Positions 8,869 through 21,540 of a stretch of 64,000 bases of DNA are shown in pieces (within the stretch, counting starts at the first letter, position 1; each line of letters starts with the position of its first letter). The DNA is from Haplodiscus bocki (lineage: Eukaryota), in the NCBI GenBank assembly GCA_965655095.1, contig OZ296657.1, positions 67,580,001-67,644,000 on the forward strand, read 5' to 3'. Both the position numbers and the translations under genes were made by a program. The notes below the pieces were generated by a model. That model saw nothing but the letters and a program-made list of their open reading frames with translations. It was not told the DNA's origin and searched no databases.

Positions 8869-11613
8869 TTATGGCAGTCCACCCTGGAACACAGGAGCGG
8901 CTCTCCGCTTTCTCTCACTTCGCCGCGACTTCTTGCAGGATTGCTGGCGGTCCAAAGCGGCACTAAAACTCAGGTCCTCAACAAGACGATGTTGCTGAGA
9001 TGTTGGAGGGGGACTTGCAATCTCGAAGCGTCTCTTCACAGGGCTTCGACTGATGCTCCTTTTTCTAGATTTCCCTGAGGAAACACGCAAGTTGCTAGGA
9101 CCTGGAATACTAGCAGAAGGAGCTCTCACAGAGGCATACTCCACCCGTCCCTCTTCCACAATATTGGAAATCCTGACACCGGATCGCGATGCCGAATCTT
9201 CAGATGATGGCCTGATTCCACCCACCGCATACCACTGCTCTCGTGAGTCTTTCACCATCCTCCGCCGATCAAGAGCCTCACTCACACACCCACAGACGTC
9301 AGCCACCACCTGAGCACGAGACGTAGTCTCTACGTCACTCCGTGGCTCGAAAACAGCGCTGTGCGTGATCCTTTCACAGATGGCTGCAGACTCAGTCAGC
9401 ATGACAATCCCTGAGTCTGAAAAGAAGCTCCGCTGCGTAAAGTGCGGACTCCTCACAAAGTCCTGTACGCAAAGGATCGCACTTCGCACCTCATCCTCAC
9501 AAATCATCACCCCATCCAAATTGATGATGAATCGCACACCACAAGTCACTGGTCCGCGCATAATGAGAGCTGTCAACTGGAAAACCTGTAAAAGCAAGAT
9601 CAATGTTTTCCAAATAACGATCGTCAAACTCAGCCACACTGGTCATGATACATACTTTAAGCAAATGCTGACGAGCACGGAAACCAACCTGCGAAGAGCA
9701 GAACGACAGGACATCACCTATGTCAGGGCGGCTCCTCGTCGAAGACCGCTCCAGCTGTCGTTGCTCCTGAACGAAGGACTGGTGTTCGGACCGGCAAGCC
9801 TCGATCTCACTGCCCCTGACCCATCCGCGCTCCAAAAAACCATCGAGCACTAGACCCAACAGATACAATGGTGCATGGTCATCTCCTCCGATGATGATCG
9901 CCGGACAGAAACAACTTAACCCCTGTCCAATCTTTGAGCGAGCAGCTAGAGTCGACAACACAGAAGTCGTAAATTCCTCCAACAACCTGCGGGCATCACG
10001 TTGGAATTCCCGCTTCAAGTAAGAACTCCCAATCTTGTTGAGAGCTGCCAACACCCGTGTCCCGGCCAGAAACTCCCCATCAGCAGTTGGAGCAAACTTG
10101 GAGTGATTGGGCAACACATACTCATCCCACTGCTCTACAAGCGGCAACGACGACCCTTGCTTGATCTTCTGTAGCAGACAGAAGATGAACCGAGCCAGTT
10201 CACCAAACGCGTGATACCCGTAGTCATCTGCTGCTTGATGATGGATGAAACTATTTGCAACTGAAACAGAAACATGTTTCATGGACAGGGCGACATTGAC
10301 TGCGCCCTGCTACGATGACCAATTCCACCACCAACAAAAAGGCAACCAATGTGGAATGGTACGAAAGTGCTCCGATAAATTTGAAAACACCAAAACCGGA
10401 GCCGCTATGTACCAACACGTATCATGTGGACAATGTGATGATCATACTTACAGATTTCTAGAAGGAGATGAAACAGCCTGAACTTCATCCTGGCAAGCTG
10501 GTCATGGTAGAGGTACCCGTCCATCCCCTTCTTCTAAAAACAACAAAAGGTGATGAGCGCACTCTGATGAAGAAGGCAAATGCCCATAAGAAAGACCTTA
10601 CCACAAGTCTACCTCCTTCGCCTTGTCGGCCAGTCTCCTTCAGGAATGACACGATCAAGGGCCAAACTCCAACAATGTTCGCAACCACGTTGACAAGCTG
10701 GGGCATCGACAAATCGTGCGTGATGATGGCCTTGCGCAAAGCTGGACGAGAAGCCATCCAGTCTCGAGTTTCTGCTCCTTTCAGGCGGTTCACATTAAAT
10801 TCAGTCAGTGAGAACGGGTCGAGGCTCCCAAAGACAAACGAAGCAGTGCGCTGGAGACAACGCTTCAACAGGCGCAGATCAAATATGGGGTATTCGACTA
10901 GTTTTGTCTGGTATCCGCTTCCCAAAAAACTCTTAAATGCCTTGGCTAGCACATGCGGGCCTCCGTGAAGCGACACCACAGCAGCATCGGGACCAGCAGC
11001 ATCCAGAATTTTGCCCAAAATTGTTGCCTCCAAGGTGGTGCTTGCACTAAACCGGTTCAGTACGGCAACGCAAACACGCCGAAATGTGGACCTCTCCCAC
11101 GTCCGCACTAAGACCCACAGTTCTGAACTGCGTTCCTCGAATTCAACGCTGCACCTCCCATGACTCTTGACCCAGCCAAAGACTCGAGCAAGAATGCGGG
11201 GGAACATTCCATTCAAGATGATCGACTAAAACACACCACCAATAAGCCAGTGAGCACATATGCGTCGTGATAACAAGCAAGACGATACCAACCAACACCT
11301 CGTCCCGAGACCATGCAACTTCAATGTTCACCCGGCTAGCAATCAGCGTGAACTGTGACCACAACTGACTCACCAACTCGTATGTTCCACCCAGTCGCAA
11401 AGTCTCAATGAGCGACGATACTTTGGCAACCACTGGTAGTGTCGCATCAGGTAATCCAGACTCGTCTATGATGAGATCCTCGGCAAAGGGATACTCGTGA
11501 TCCCGGACTACCAGAGGACCTCGCAGGATATGCTCTCGTCGCCGCTCCAGCTCATTTTCACTAAGGGGGTTTCCTTCGAAATCTAGAACCCGCCACCCAG
11601 GAGTTTCCAGCCT
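8869..11613 (-). CDS. Spliced antisense gene (>=5 exons, 5' end in the gap); hAT-transposase-like protein with altered catalytic positions
   Basis: Exons 11613-11293, 11225-10602, 10533-10452, 10260-9656 and 9585-8869. GT-AG introns of 67, 68, 191 and 70 nt (donors gttggt, gtaagg, gtaagt, gtatgt; acceptors ttttag, ttttag, tttcag, ttacag). Phases 0,0,1,0 all match, giving ~782 stop-free codons. Minus-strand AATAAA at 8713-8708. Confidence 0.8.
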
Positions 11614-11615
11614 CA

Positions 11616-11815
11616 NNNNNNNNNNNNNNNNNNNNNNNNNNNNNNNNNNNNNNNNNNNNNNNNNNNNNNNNNNNNNNNNNNNNNNNNNNNNNNNNNNNNN
11701 NNNNNNNNNNNNNNNNNNNNNNNNNNNNNNNNNNNNNNNNNNNNNNNNNNNNNNNNNNNNNNNNNNNNNNNNNNNNNNNNNNNNNNNNNNNNNNNNNNNN
11801 NNNNNNNNNNNNNNN
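11616..11815. other. Assembly gap (200 N)
   Basis: Run of n characters. Confidence 1.
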
Positions 11816-12504
11816 TAATATCTGGTTAATGACTCAGCGAATCCTGGGGGAAATTGTGAATGAATTTCGTTTTTTAAAATGAAAGTTCATTATTGTATGC
11901 AAATTGGTTGCTTAGTATCATTCATTCTTGTCGTGGCCATCTTCTGGGCCAGAATTTTGTGTCATCTGACCGTGGAAGAGACCCGCTTCAGTATGAGGAT
12001 CATCCTGGGAGTCGTCCTCATTCGTTCTCTGGCTATTATATAATGCGTTCCGGGTGGGCTCCGAAGTGGTTCCGGAGTGTCCCGGTAATAACGGGTTCAT
12101 CAGAAAGTCATCGAGTTGCGCTAGAGCACCAAGAATGCGGTTTTCTGTTCAACTGAACTCCTTTGACAGCGTTTTTGTGACCCTTCCCTCAATTTCCTCG
12201 GAAACTTGAGTTATGTAGTCCTCCTGCGATGTAGGAGCGCCTGAGTTTTGTGCCAAGTTGCTCCTAGGATTTTCTCCACTATTTTCTTTACTCAACGCTG
12301 CCAACTTTCTTTTGTTTCGAGTTGTCATCTTTCAAGGAAAAGTAAAGATCAGTCAGTAAAACTTTATTATTTGAGTTGAATCGAAAAATCAAATTGATTC
12401 CAACAGTAATAGGCGATGCAAAAATGAAAGAACTTAAATAGTACTGGATTATTATCGTCAGTATCTTCAAATCAAAAAAATGTGTCCTGTATTTTCATTT
12501 CTCG

Positions 12505-12740
12505 TATTTATACCTTTTCCTGGCGGGAAACTTAATTGTTTACACGCCAAGTCAAGGTACAAATAGGGAAAAGTACTTCATACATTACTACATCAAAGTC
12601 AGAAATGCCGACTCTGGCGGGAAATAAACAACTTTTCCATCCATCTCTTCCATCGTAGGACGCGCCTTTTCCATCTTTCGACTGAAAATGGACGGTCCCA
12701 ATCCATTGGAGATGGACATCAAAGCGTTTATTCCCGTGCT
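12505..12740 (-). promoter_or_regulatory. Promoter of B' with the conserved E2F x2, forkhead and TATA motifs
   Basis: On the + strand: ggcgggaaa at 12522 and 12616, tgtttacac at 12537, tatttata at 12505. Confidence 0.6.
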
Positions 12741-12944
12741 GACATGTTGTTTAAAGTCTTGGTCATTGTATACTCGATAGATGGAAAATTTCTTTGATTG
12801 GGAAAGTAAAATAGAAAAACAAAAACAAAAAATGAGGAAAATAAAACACAAAATACATGACTTCATTACAAGAATATATTTAATCATCATTTTCATGCTC
12901 ATTTCATCATTACTTTCAGTCTGTGTCTTTTTGGAAATGAGGAG

Positions 12945-13172
12945 AAACTAGTATCACTACTAGTTTACTTCTCGTTCCGACTAGAAGCTTTTAGTGGTAT
13001 CCCGAACAGCTCCGTAGCCGCTAGTAGTACAAGTTAAATCAGTCAGCGCTACTAGTGGTATCCGGAACAACTCCGTAGCCACTAGTAGCACTAGTCTTAG
13101 TTCAGTCAGCCGTGCTCAAATTAGGAGTGAATACGGATTCACTCCGTATTCACCATAGCACTGCAGCACGGC
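12945..13172 (-). other. Hairpin cluster of B', including a 61-bp-period direct repeat
   Basis: aaactagta/tactagttt (12945-12966), gctactagtgg/ccactagtagc (13048-13089), gtgaatacgga/tccgtattcac (13127-13153) inside gccgtgct/agcacggc. The unit tagtggtatcc..ctccgtagcc.ctagtag occurs at 12992 and 13053. Confidence 0.7.
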
Positions 13173-13309
13173 ATAGTTTTGCGTCACTCGAATATGCGCG
13201 CCATTTTTTTCACCATGCTTTTTGGCTGATGTAGATGACATCCAAACTCGATGACATGGCAAGCTGGACAAATTGATGACACTTTTGACTTTCCATGGTT
13301 GAAATTAAA

Positions 13310-13620
13310 ACAATACCGCTTTTTTTTTCTGCCCTCCTACTTTTACAAAGATGCATACTTTTTCTTTGGCAAAGTTTCTATTATTTTTCCGAATTTAAAA
13401 ATCTAATTTTTCTTGCGAAAAACGTCACAGTTGAGGTAGAAGAGACATTTCTAAAAAATAGTATCATTTGACACGCATTCTACAGCAAAATTGACACCTT
13501 ACTGATTTTGAAAAAATTTCAGAAATTCTATAGGAAAAAAATCAACTTGTTTTTTCAAAAAATAAAACCAACTTTCATATGTTTTTCAGAAATGTTACTA
13601 TTTCAACTCCAATCCACGAC
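13310..13620 (+). repeat. Dispersed non-coding repeat, copy 1
   Basis: Aligns by eye to 56450-56740, e.g. aaaaatagtatcatttga(c/t)acgcattctac(a/c)gcaaa. Confidence 0.75.
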
Positions 13621-14749
13621 ACGTTTTCTATAATTTGGTTAACAAATCGGACTTGTAATTACGGACACATCAGCCTCCATTTTTTTAATTTCTCCCAAAT
13701 TACCCCAAAAAATAACTTAAATATGGTAACTAATCTTAATTATAATGACAAAGCTACAAATGTTTTTAGAAAAGTACAAAAAATTCCAGCAGGAAAGAAC
13801 TTCAAAATAAACTGAACAGGTACAAAATGTACCGGAAAAAGGTGCATTACAGACTATTTAGTTTTCCCGAAAAAATATGAACCATTTGTTGCTGATAAAA
13901 AAACCAGTTGGTCATGAAATTGCTCGTGAAGGAAAACAACAAGAAGACGTTAATGAATATAAACATACAAACATTAGAAAAAGCAGCTCGGAGCAAAAAT
14001 TTCCCTCAACTTCAATTTCGGGACTAGTAACTTTTCTGTCCTAAAATCCAGATGACTTATCATGTAGAATATTACTAATATTACAACGAAAACAATGTGG
14101 AAATGGTACTTTTAAATTTACTGATGAAAATAGTGCTAAATTTGATGAATTATTAGAATACAAATGTATTGCAGAACTCAACCTAAAAAGATTTTTTCAA
14201 TTTCAAACTCATTCAAAAAATATTGTTTCAGTTATCTGAAAAATGTATAGTTGATAAAGAAATCTTCAACGCTGATTATCCAAAAACCTCTTCTCCTCTC
14301 TTGCTTTCTCAACTAAACGTCTTGACTGTTCCGTTCTACCCGTTTTGCTCTGCTAACTCTTTGCATTCACATTTCACAGCTCGTCCTTGTTTTCTGTTGT
14401 TCTCATCACAGTGATCCCCTATTCAGTTCTTTTACTGAGCCTCGATTCTAATTTACGGAGTATTTTCTGAATTTCTTCATTCTTCAGACGTCCCCACTTC
14501 TGGAATCGTTTACAATCTCATGAGATTCCTCTACAATTTCATTCTCTTTTAAATTTTGGTCACAAAAAAGTCATCACAAAAATATTACACCATTGACTGA
14601 TCTTCATTTAGGATTCCTATTCATCAGCTCTGTCTGTTCTTCTTCTGTTCTTCAACCGCTAATTTTCGCAATTTCAATACGATCACATTTGTAACTGTTT
14701 TTCTTATTTTATTGAATTGTAGAAAAACAACGAAAACCCAACTAACAAA

Positions 14750-16650
14750 AAATCAAACGCTTCAAGAGGGGACGCCGGTGCATTGCAAAATCTTCTGTCA
14801 AGGCGGCACAGAATTGATAGATTGGAGATACAACAATTGATTTTGAGAAAGAAAAGTTTTTTTAGAGAGAAAAATGTCGATGCAGATGTTGTTGGAAGAA
14901 TTCAAGCCAATTCAGGGAGTTAAAGCCAAGATCCTTCTGTTTAAATGTCATGTAGTAGTATGAAAGCGTCAATTCAGATCTTGATACAAGGATTTAAAGC
15001 CATAGTTTTTGAGAAGGATGAGTTGGATTTTCAAGATATGTCTTATCTGAACGAACTTTTGCCGCTTCTGGCCTATGAAGAAACCAAGTACGATGTAGAG
15101 ATTATTTCAGAGATTTGTGGAAACGAACAGTTCGCTTCCGGTATGAAGCTATTGAGATTGACACCTTGATGGAGAAAATGAATTAGGTTGAGTTGAAGGA
15201 ATATAAGTTTGAAAACCGATGTTAAAAGTCTGAAAGCAACTTCTGACATTCCTGGTGCGTCAAGATTCCACAGAAGGGTACAAAGTTAATGATTTCCTAA
15301 ACATACAATGTAACTCAAAGAGAGATCAATAAATTGAGACTTTGAAGGAAGACATCATGATGGTATTCATGGGGAAAAGCGGTTTCGAAAAATGAGAAGA
15401 CTCATGCTGACAAATTTTTCACGACATTTTTGGACTACCAGAAGTCAATCGCAAGGAGCGGAAAAGACTTTTATTGCCATTTTTTGCCTCAAAAGGTTGA
15501 AATTTTTGATTACGACCTTGGTGGAATAAACAGAGACTGTAGTTGCGGAGAAAGATGACTTTGAAAGCCGAGATAATTGGATAGTTAAAACATGTTTTGC
15601 ATTTTGTGGACTATCAAGATTCCGATGTGCGAAAGAATCTTTTTTTTTTGTTTTTTCAACCGAACTCCGCAATTTTCAAGTTTTCGGCGGACACCAAGAT
15701 GGAAGAAAACTAGCTTCTAGTTACGGAAATTTAGGAGTTTCAAAACCGAGATGAAACATATAGAATAGCTTTATTTAAAAAATCGGACAGTCAGTTTTCC
15801 AATGCAAAGAACAAAATTGACAAAATTTCCATCACGATTGTTCCAACAAAAAAAAGTTTTGAATCAGACCTTGATGGACAAAATGAAGCCTGTGATTGGG
15901 GGGGACAAATGAAGGTGAGTTTGAAAAGCGAGGAAAATCATTAGGAAGAGGTGTCTTTTTGGAAACTTCGGACTATCAGGATTCTGATGCAACAAAAAAG
16001 CGACATTTTTCCACCTCGGTGTTTTATGTTTTTGAGCTGAAACCTTGATCAAGGTATCCGAATTTGAACTGGCTGAGGAAGAAAAGTCTGAAAAATGAGC
16101 AAAATGAAAAAAATAGCAGTTTTGGAAACATCGAACTGTCAAGACTCTGATGCAAGGGGCACAACTCGAGAAGTCTTGCATCAGCAAAATCTCTACAACT
16201 CTCAAAACGTCTTCTGGATCCTGAAGGAAGAGATAAAACCTGTAGTTTTGTTTATATATCAGATTGAATACCGAGAAAAGTTAAAAATCAACGGTTCCGT
16301 TGCAGTTTTTGAACTATCAACATTCTGATGCCAAAGAAAAAGAACAAAGAACTTTGAAGTTGAAAAATTGTCTCTGAGTTTTGTGTTCGATAGAGATCTT
16401 GTTTGAGGAAGTTGAACCTGCAGTGGCTGAGACTCAAAAGTTTGAATATCGAACAATTTCAAAAAAATTACCGCTTCCGGAAAATTTGGACGGTCATGAA
16501 TCTGCAGCAGGGATCAGAACAAAAAACAGTGAGCGAATTGTTTTCTGCAACCGCTTAGTTTTTGATGGTGATCTTGATTAGAAAAAACATACCAGAAGTT
16601 ACTGAGAAAAGCTAGTCTAACTATCAAGACAATATAAAAAATAAATATTT
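14750..16650 (+). pseudogene. Possible highly degraded non-LTR (LINE-like) remnant
   Basis: A-rich + strand with faint APE-like (YDVEIISE) and RT-like (FVD...D) patches. No intact motif. Confidence 0.3.
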
Positions 16651-17398
16651 TTCGAAGCTTCTGATTATCGTGTATACGATGGAAGGATCAAAAACACTGG
16701 TTTTTCAATCGCGTTTTCCTCCACAGTTGTCAGTCTTTTGATTGGATTTTTGATTTAAGAGAATAAACTGAAGTTTTTTGAGAAAGAAATATTTGAAAAA
16801 CGATAAAAATCAATGAAAATTGCAATCTTTCAGACTTTTTGACTGTAAAGATTCCGGTGTGAGCAACAAACACGTTACTTCTGCAGTAAACCAGTTCAAC
16901 ACGAGTGGAAAACATCCAACTGAGACCTAGACTTGAGGGTTATATCTGTGTTTGTGCCGAAAAAGTGATTGTCAATATCAAGGAAAATCAAAACTAATCG
17001 GGCTTCTTGAACAAACGATTTGACGCAGTGAGGGTATTTCCAAAAAATATACCTTTCTTGCCGGTGGATAAAAAAAGATTGTGGTAAAACTAGTACAAGA
17101 AAGCTGGAAAAATCTGTAGATTCATTTCACTGAATAAAAAAACTTGAACAAATTTTGTAACAGACTTCTAACTTATAAACTTTTCTTTCGTCTTTTTTCA
17201 GGAAAATCAAAACTGTTCTCTCAAAATTTAAAAAGGTTTCGAGAAAAACCAATTTGTTCTAAAAGCGTCGGAAACCGAGTAATTTTTGATGAAAAAAGCC
17301 AACTCATCGAAAAGGCATAAAAAAATGTGAAAAAAACCTTTATTTATGCTGTTGAAAGGAAAACGTGCTAAGGAGTATCTAAAATGACGTAAGAAAGT

Positions 17399-17432
17399 TG
17401 GTCGTTAGCGGGGTTCGAACCCGCCACCTCCA
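17399..17432 (-). repeat. tRNA-like B-box fragment (SINE head or tRNA pseudogene piece)
   Basis: The minus strand reads ggtggcgggTTCGAAccccgctaacgacca: a T-arm stem-loop with GTTCGAA, ending in CCA. No 5' half is recognisable. Confidence 0.4.
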
Positions 17433-20269
17433 GTGCTGACACCCGACATGTTTTTTATACAAGGCAACAACAGATCTGCAGACTTCAACTCTTAGCGTCA
17501 AAAGAAATTTCAGGAAAAGGAATAAAAACGTTGACTACTGATTTGCGTTTTTTCCTTTAGAAACAAAAATTTCGACAAAGAAAACAAACTCAAGTTGTTT
17601 CCACCAGTAATTTTCCAATGAGTTTTTCAAAATGCATAACATCCACAACCCTTTTGACAATTTTATCTCACTAATGTTATCTAATAACTTCTTTTAACGA
17701 ATTCAAATTAGGGAAGAGCCATCTAGACTCCCGCATTTGTTATCCCCTCCAGTAAGATCTTGCTAGGTTTGTTACAACATTTAGGCTAATCTTCCATTCG
17801 TTTTGATCTAAGATCTTGAAATTTTTAGTGAAGCCTGAGCTTCTCCTGGAAAAGTTCTAGCCTTCGTTGGAATCTCTGCTGATCTCTTGTCTTGTAACAC
17901 GTAAAAGTAATTTTTACGATCTAGTTAAGATGAGATTTTGCAAAGAGTCGTTAATTTGTAAAATTCTAAGACCCGATACCCAATTTATATTCCCCTGATT
18001 GTTAACCCCTTCTGAAAGGAAACTTGGTTCAGTTCAATTTTCTTTCTTTTTTCGGAATTGAGTTCCAAAATCACGTTTAAGTCGGACAATTCTTCTCTTT
18101 TTCCATCGGCAGATCTATCTTCAACCTTTTGTTGGAAAAATTTATTTATATCTAAGAACTTCGAAGGAAATAAAATCGTGATCAAGATTTATCGTGTTCT
18201 TTAATTTGGATGTTTTTCTCTTGTTTTAAACATCCTTGTTGTCATTGAATTTTTTATGGCCCTTTTTTCGGTATTCAGAAATTAAATTACCCAAAATAAG
18301 AACACTTTACCAAAATATTCCTGTTTCAAAAAGATTGAAACCGATGATGAAAGACAATTTCAACAAAGACCATCAACTCAACAAATTATTACTGAATATG
18401 TTTCCGTTAGAATTCCGCTTGACTGAACAGGATCCAATCCACTTCAAAGAGCAACGAAATCAAGTTCTCCGCATTTTTTTTCTGAATTGTCTTTCAGCAC
18501 TAAGTGTCTTTTCGTCTGCAGCTGAACCCAACTTTGTTTGCAGTTCCCCCTAGCTCGTCAACATCGCCATGCACTTTTCTAATAGTTCAAAAATCATGCA
18601 CTCTACTTCAATGAAACCCAAGTACTTTCCGAGTTAGCTTTCCGTAGAATCCTAATTGTTTGTAAATCATCTTCCAATATGAAAAAGGAATCCAATTGAC
18701 ATTTAGGTTTCTTTCACCCAAGTTTTTGCAACACCCCTTGATCATTTACAAGAGCTTTTTTTCCGAACTTTCCCACAAATTCTAGAGTCTGCTTCTGAAA
18801 AACTTAAAGTTATAATGGACTTTTTGAGATCCTAAGGATAGAAACAAAAAGCTAATGCAGATCATAACCCTCACCATTGGTTAGAAAGAAATTCCTCCAA
18901 GTCGTCCAAGATATCCAATCTTTTTCGTTTTGGAACGCTATACTTTCTCAAGCTCTAATAAATGAAACTAAAATTAATTCCCTGTTTTCGAAAAAACTTA
19001 GGATTCAATTATCAAATGACTTGGATGATGTAACATCATCAACTTCTTCAACTTCTTTCCACAAATTTCAGTGATGATGTTCTTTTGCCGTCTTCTGACA
19101 TAATAGTATCAACATGCAATGTATGAAAGTCTACAACAAGTTACCCACGCAACTTTTTCACGCAACGATTTTAACGGAATATCTTCATATGAATCTAAAA
19201 TAAATCTTCATGAAACTATTAAACCACAAATCAAGTTAACGGTAACTTCTGTCACAGCAAGGAAGCTTCAATATAACACTTCAAACTTCTGCTAAACTTT
19301 AATCAAAACCATACATCGATTGAAAAACTACTGAAAACTATCAAACTCCGCTAAAACCCAAAAACCAATTGAAAATATAACCACGATAACAACGCATACC
19401 AGTAAAGAAAAAGTCACCATACAGTCCAAAACTAACTCAGCTCCCCCTATGTTTCCAAAGAAAACTCGAACGTTCTCACTTCTTTTAACTTCAACAAAAT
19501 TACAAAATAACATTAGTTTCAAAAGCACTGAACTTGACGAACCAAGTACCGAAATCAATTCTGTTAATTCATTTACCCATTTTTTATTCCACCGATTTTG
19601 CCGTGAAGAGTGCACTAGTGGTTCTAGTTTATCCACCAAGCAATTTAGTCTCCATACTTCTTTCAAATAAATCAAAATCCTAATTTCGGCCAACAAATTC
19701 AAACGATACGTTCAACTATATGTTCTGATGTTACCTCAACACAATGGCAACTGGAAATCTATTATTAACGCTCAGAGAAAAACTTTATCTTCTTTACAAA
19801 CTATCAAAACCAGTGTAGAAACCCCAATGAGTTTCTAAACTTCTCCACTTTCGTTAAACAAAAGTTCAAAGTGACCAACCGCTGCTATTACCGATCCTCA
19901 ACCGAAACTTCATGCAAGTCCTCTAGCAATGGCGACTTCTATTTTACCATCAATTCCCGCAGGTCCAACTCATTCATTCCAAATTACTAAATTAAATGAC
20001 AACTCATTTCAATTACCAATTTGACTTAAAAGTAATACCAACAATTGAAATTAATATTTGACTACCTACAATCGAAAATCATACTGAAACATCCAAACTA
20101 ACGGTTTTATTCAAATGAATGTTTCTAATCCGTATCCAACTATTAACACACCGAACAGTCTTCCATCAATTTTTTTCGGTAGTCCATCCTCCACCATGCC
20201 GCAGTTGTTCTCTTGCTAACAAACTGTTTCAAAATCAACTTTGGCCAAGTTTTCTAACAGCTTTTGATC

Positions 20270-21540
20270 ATCGATGCAAAGGATGACAAAAGAGTCTAGT
20301 TTGTCAAACGGTGTTTTTAGCAGTTGATACACGCTCTTTTGGTAAATATGTTTCACTATTCGATTGCAGTTTGTCACATGTCGATCCAAATCAGGAGCTC
20401 ATTTGATGAATTGGTCACACGAAAAGCAACGACAGGCTTGGAAGTTTGAGACACAGCAGATGTGACTCTTGTAACTTAATAGTCGTAGAGACTTGTAGTA
20501 ATTCGCTCTACTCCTGGCAAGCTAGCCAGTTATATATCCCGGAAAAACACAAACGATTTGCAAACTTTTTCCACTTGTCTCCCATTGCATTGGAAGGGCG
20601 ACGCTCTAGTTCCAAAGAAACTTGGGTATCATTGTACGGTGTTTTTCATATTCTCTCGGTAATCTAGACAATTGGCAGACTGATCTTTTGTCAGTGGTTC
20701 CGGCAATAGAGCGTCATTGCATCCATGGGACTTTCCTTGAATAATGCAGCAAACAATGTAACATACCTCTGCTTGAGGAAATTGAACTTTTTATTTGCTC
20801 GTCCCCTTGTTCAGGGTTCAATGGCATCTGTATTACTCGAAAGAATCAAGAATTTTGACAAGCCTTCCTCAGTAGCCAGAAAGATAGATCGCTCATACAG
20901 TGGCTTATTTTCGTTTGCATAATATCGCCGACAACTCCCATCTTCCACAGTTCTAATCACAAACCCGAATGCCACTTTTCAGCTTTGATGCATATCTGAG
21001 GCTGTCAGAAACAGTAGCCAACTTTTACAACAGGAATTTTGAGCCTTGAGAGACCCAGCCAATTACAAAATTGATGTTCCTCATTCACCATCTGTCCATC
21101 AAGAATTGCTTGCACATTTCTATTTCCTCTTTCAAATTTTGTCATTAATGGCTTCCAATGCTTGCGTAAAATCAAAGTTGTGGGTTCCAGATCCCATCTG
21201 TGCTCTATGCTCCTTCTGCTTACGTTCTTCCAATACGTGAAAGCTTTAAAAGTGTTTCTTGTATGCTTTTAATTTATGAACAGCTTGAACAGTTGCTGGA
21301 GAGTGTTTCCTGGCAGTGTGATAATTCATTCCATTTAGGGATTTTCCTGAGAGATGGTATAAGAAGGACATGTAGGGGTTTCAGCAGAACATTTCTCATC
21401 TTTTTCGTGCGTGCAAAAGTATTTCGTGTAGTTTGGTTTCTAGAATGTTCGAAAAGAAATTTTTCCGTAGCCATTAAAGGAAAGCATTTCAAAAAATCAG
21501 TTTAACAGAACAAAATGAAATAACTGTAGAAACTGAAGCA
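20270..21540 (-). pseudogene. N-terminal region of a Maverick protein-primed DNA polymerase B (catalytic part missing)
   Basis: VAFGFVIRTVEDGSCRRYYANENK (~20985-20900) and RANKKFNF...VTLFAALF..PM.C..ALLPEPL (~20810-20690), with Cys/His clusters nearby. These match pPolB N-terminal motifs from memory. Confidence 0.55.

Larger units (their letters stand above)
1130..11615 (+). mobile_element. Ty3/Gypsy retrotransposon B with an antisense accessory gene; 3' end lost in the assembly gap
   Basis: gag then PR-RT-RH-IN order at 1973-8482. The upstream region is homologous to 12480-13200(-). No copy of the 5' region is seen after the pol stop. Left boundary is approximate. Confidence 0.85.
11918..13200 (-). 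mobile_element. 5' portion of a sister Gypsy element (B') in the opposite orientation: hairpins, promoter and truncated gag
   Basis: The reverse complement of 12480-12740 aligns to 1510-1770. gag starts at ATG 12328 (MTTRNKRKLAAL...QVSEEIEGRVTKTLSKEF...RILGALAQLDDFLMNP), paralogous to 1973-2200. Confidence 0.85.

Noticed and set aside
9053-10968. Plus-strand ORFs 9053..9313, 9365..9853 and 10468..10968 as env or accessory genes
   Set aside because: No signal peptide, TM segment or motif. They are shadows of the spliced minus-strand gene.
1510-12740. Inverted homology between 1510-1770 and 12480-12740 as terminal inverted repeats of one element
   Set aside because: The copies are clearly diverged, each leads into its own gag, and they are separated by an assembly gap. 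Two sister insertions is the simpler reading.
17399-17450. Functional tRNA gene
   Set aside because: Only a T-arm/B-box-like half is present; there is no cloverleaf.
17600-20250. Coding remnant (possibly env- or gag-like)
   Set aside because: Strand-biased composition suggests decayed coding DNA, but I could not recover a defensible motif.
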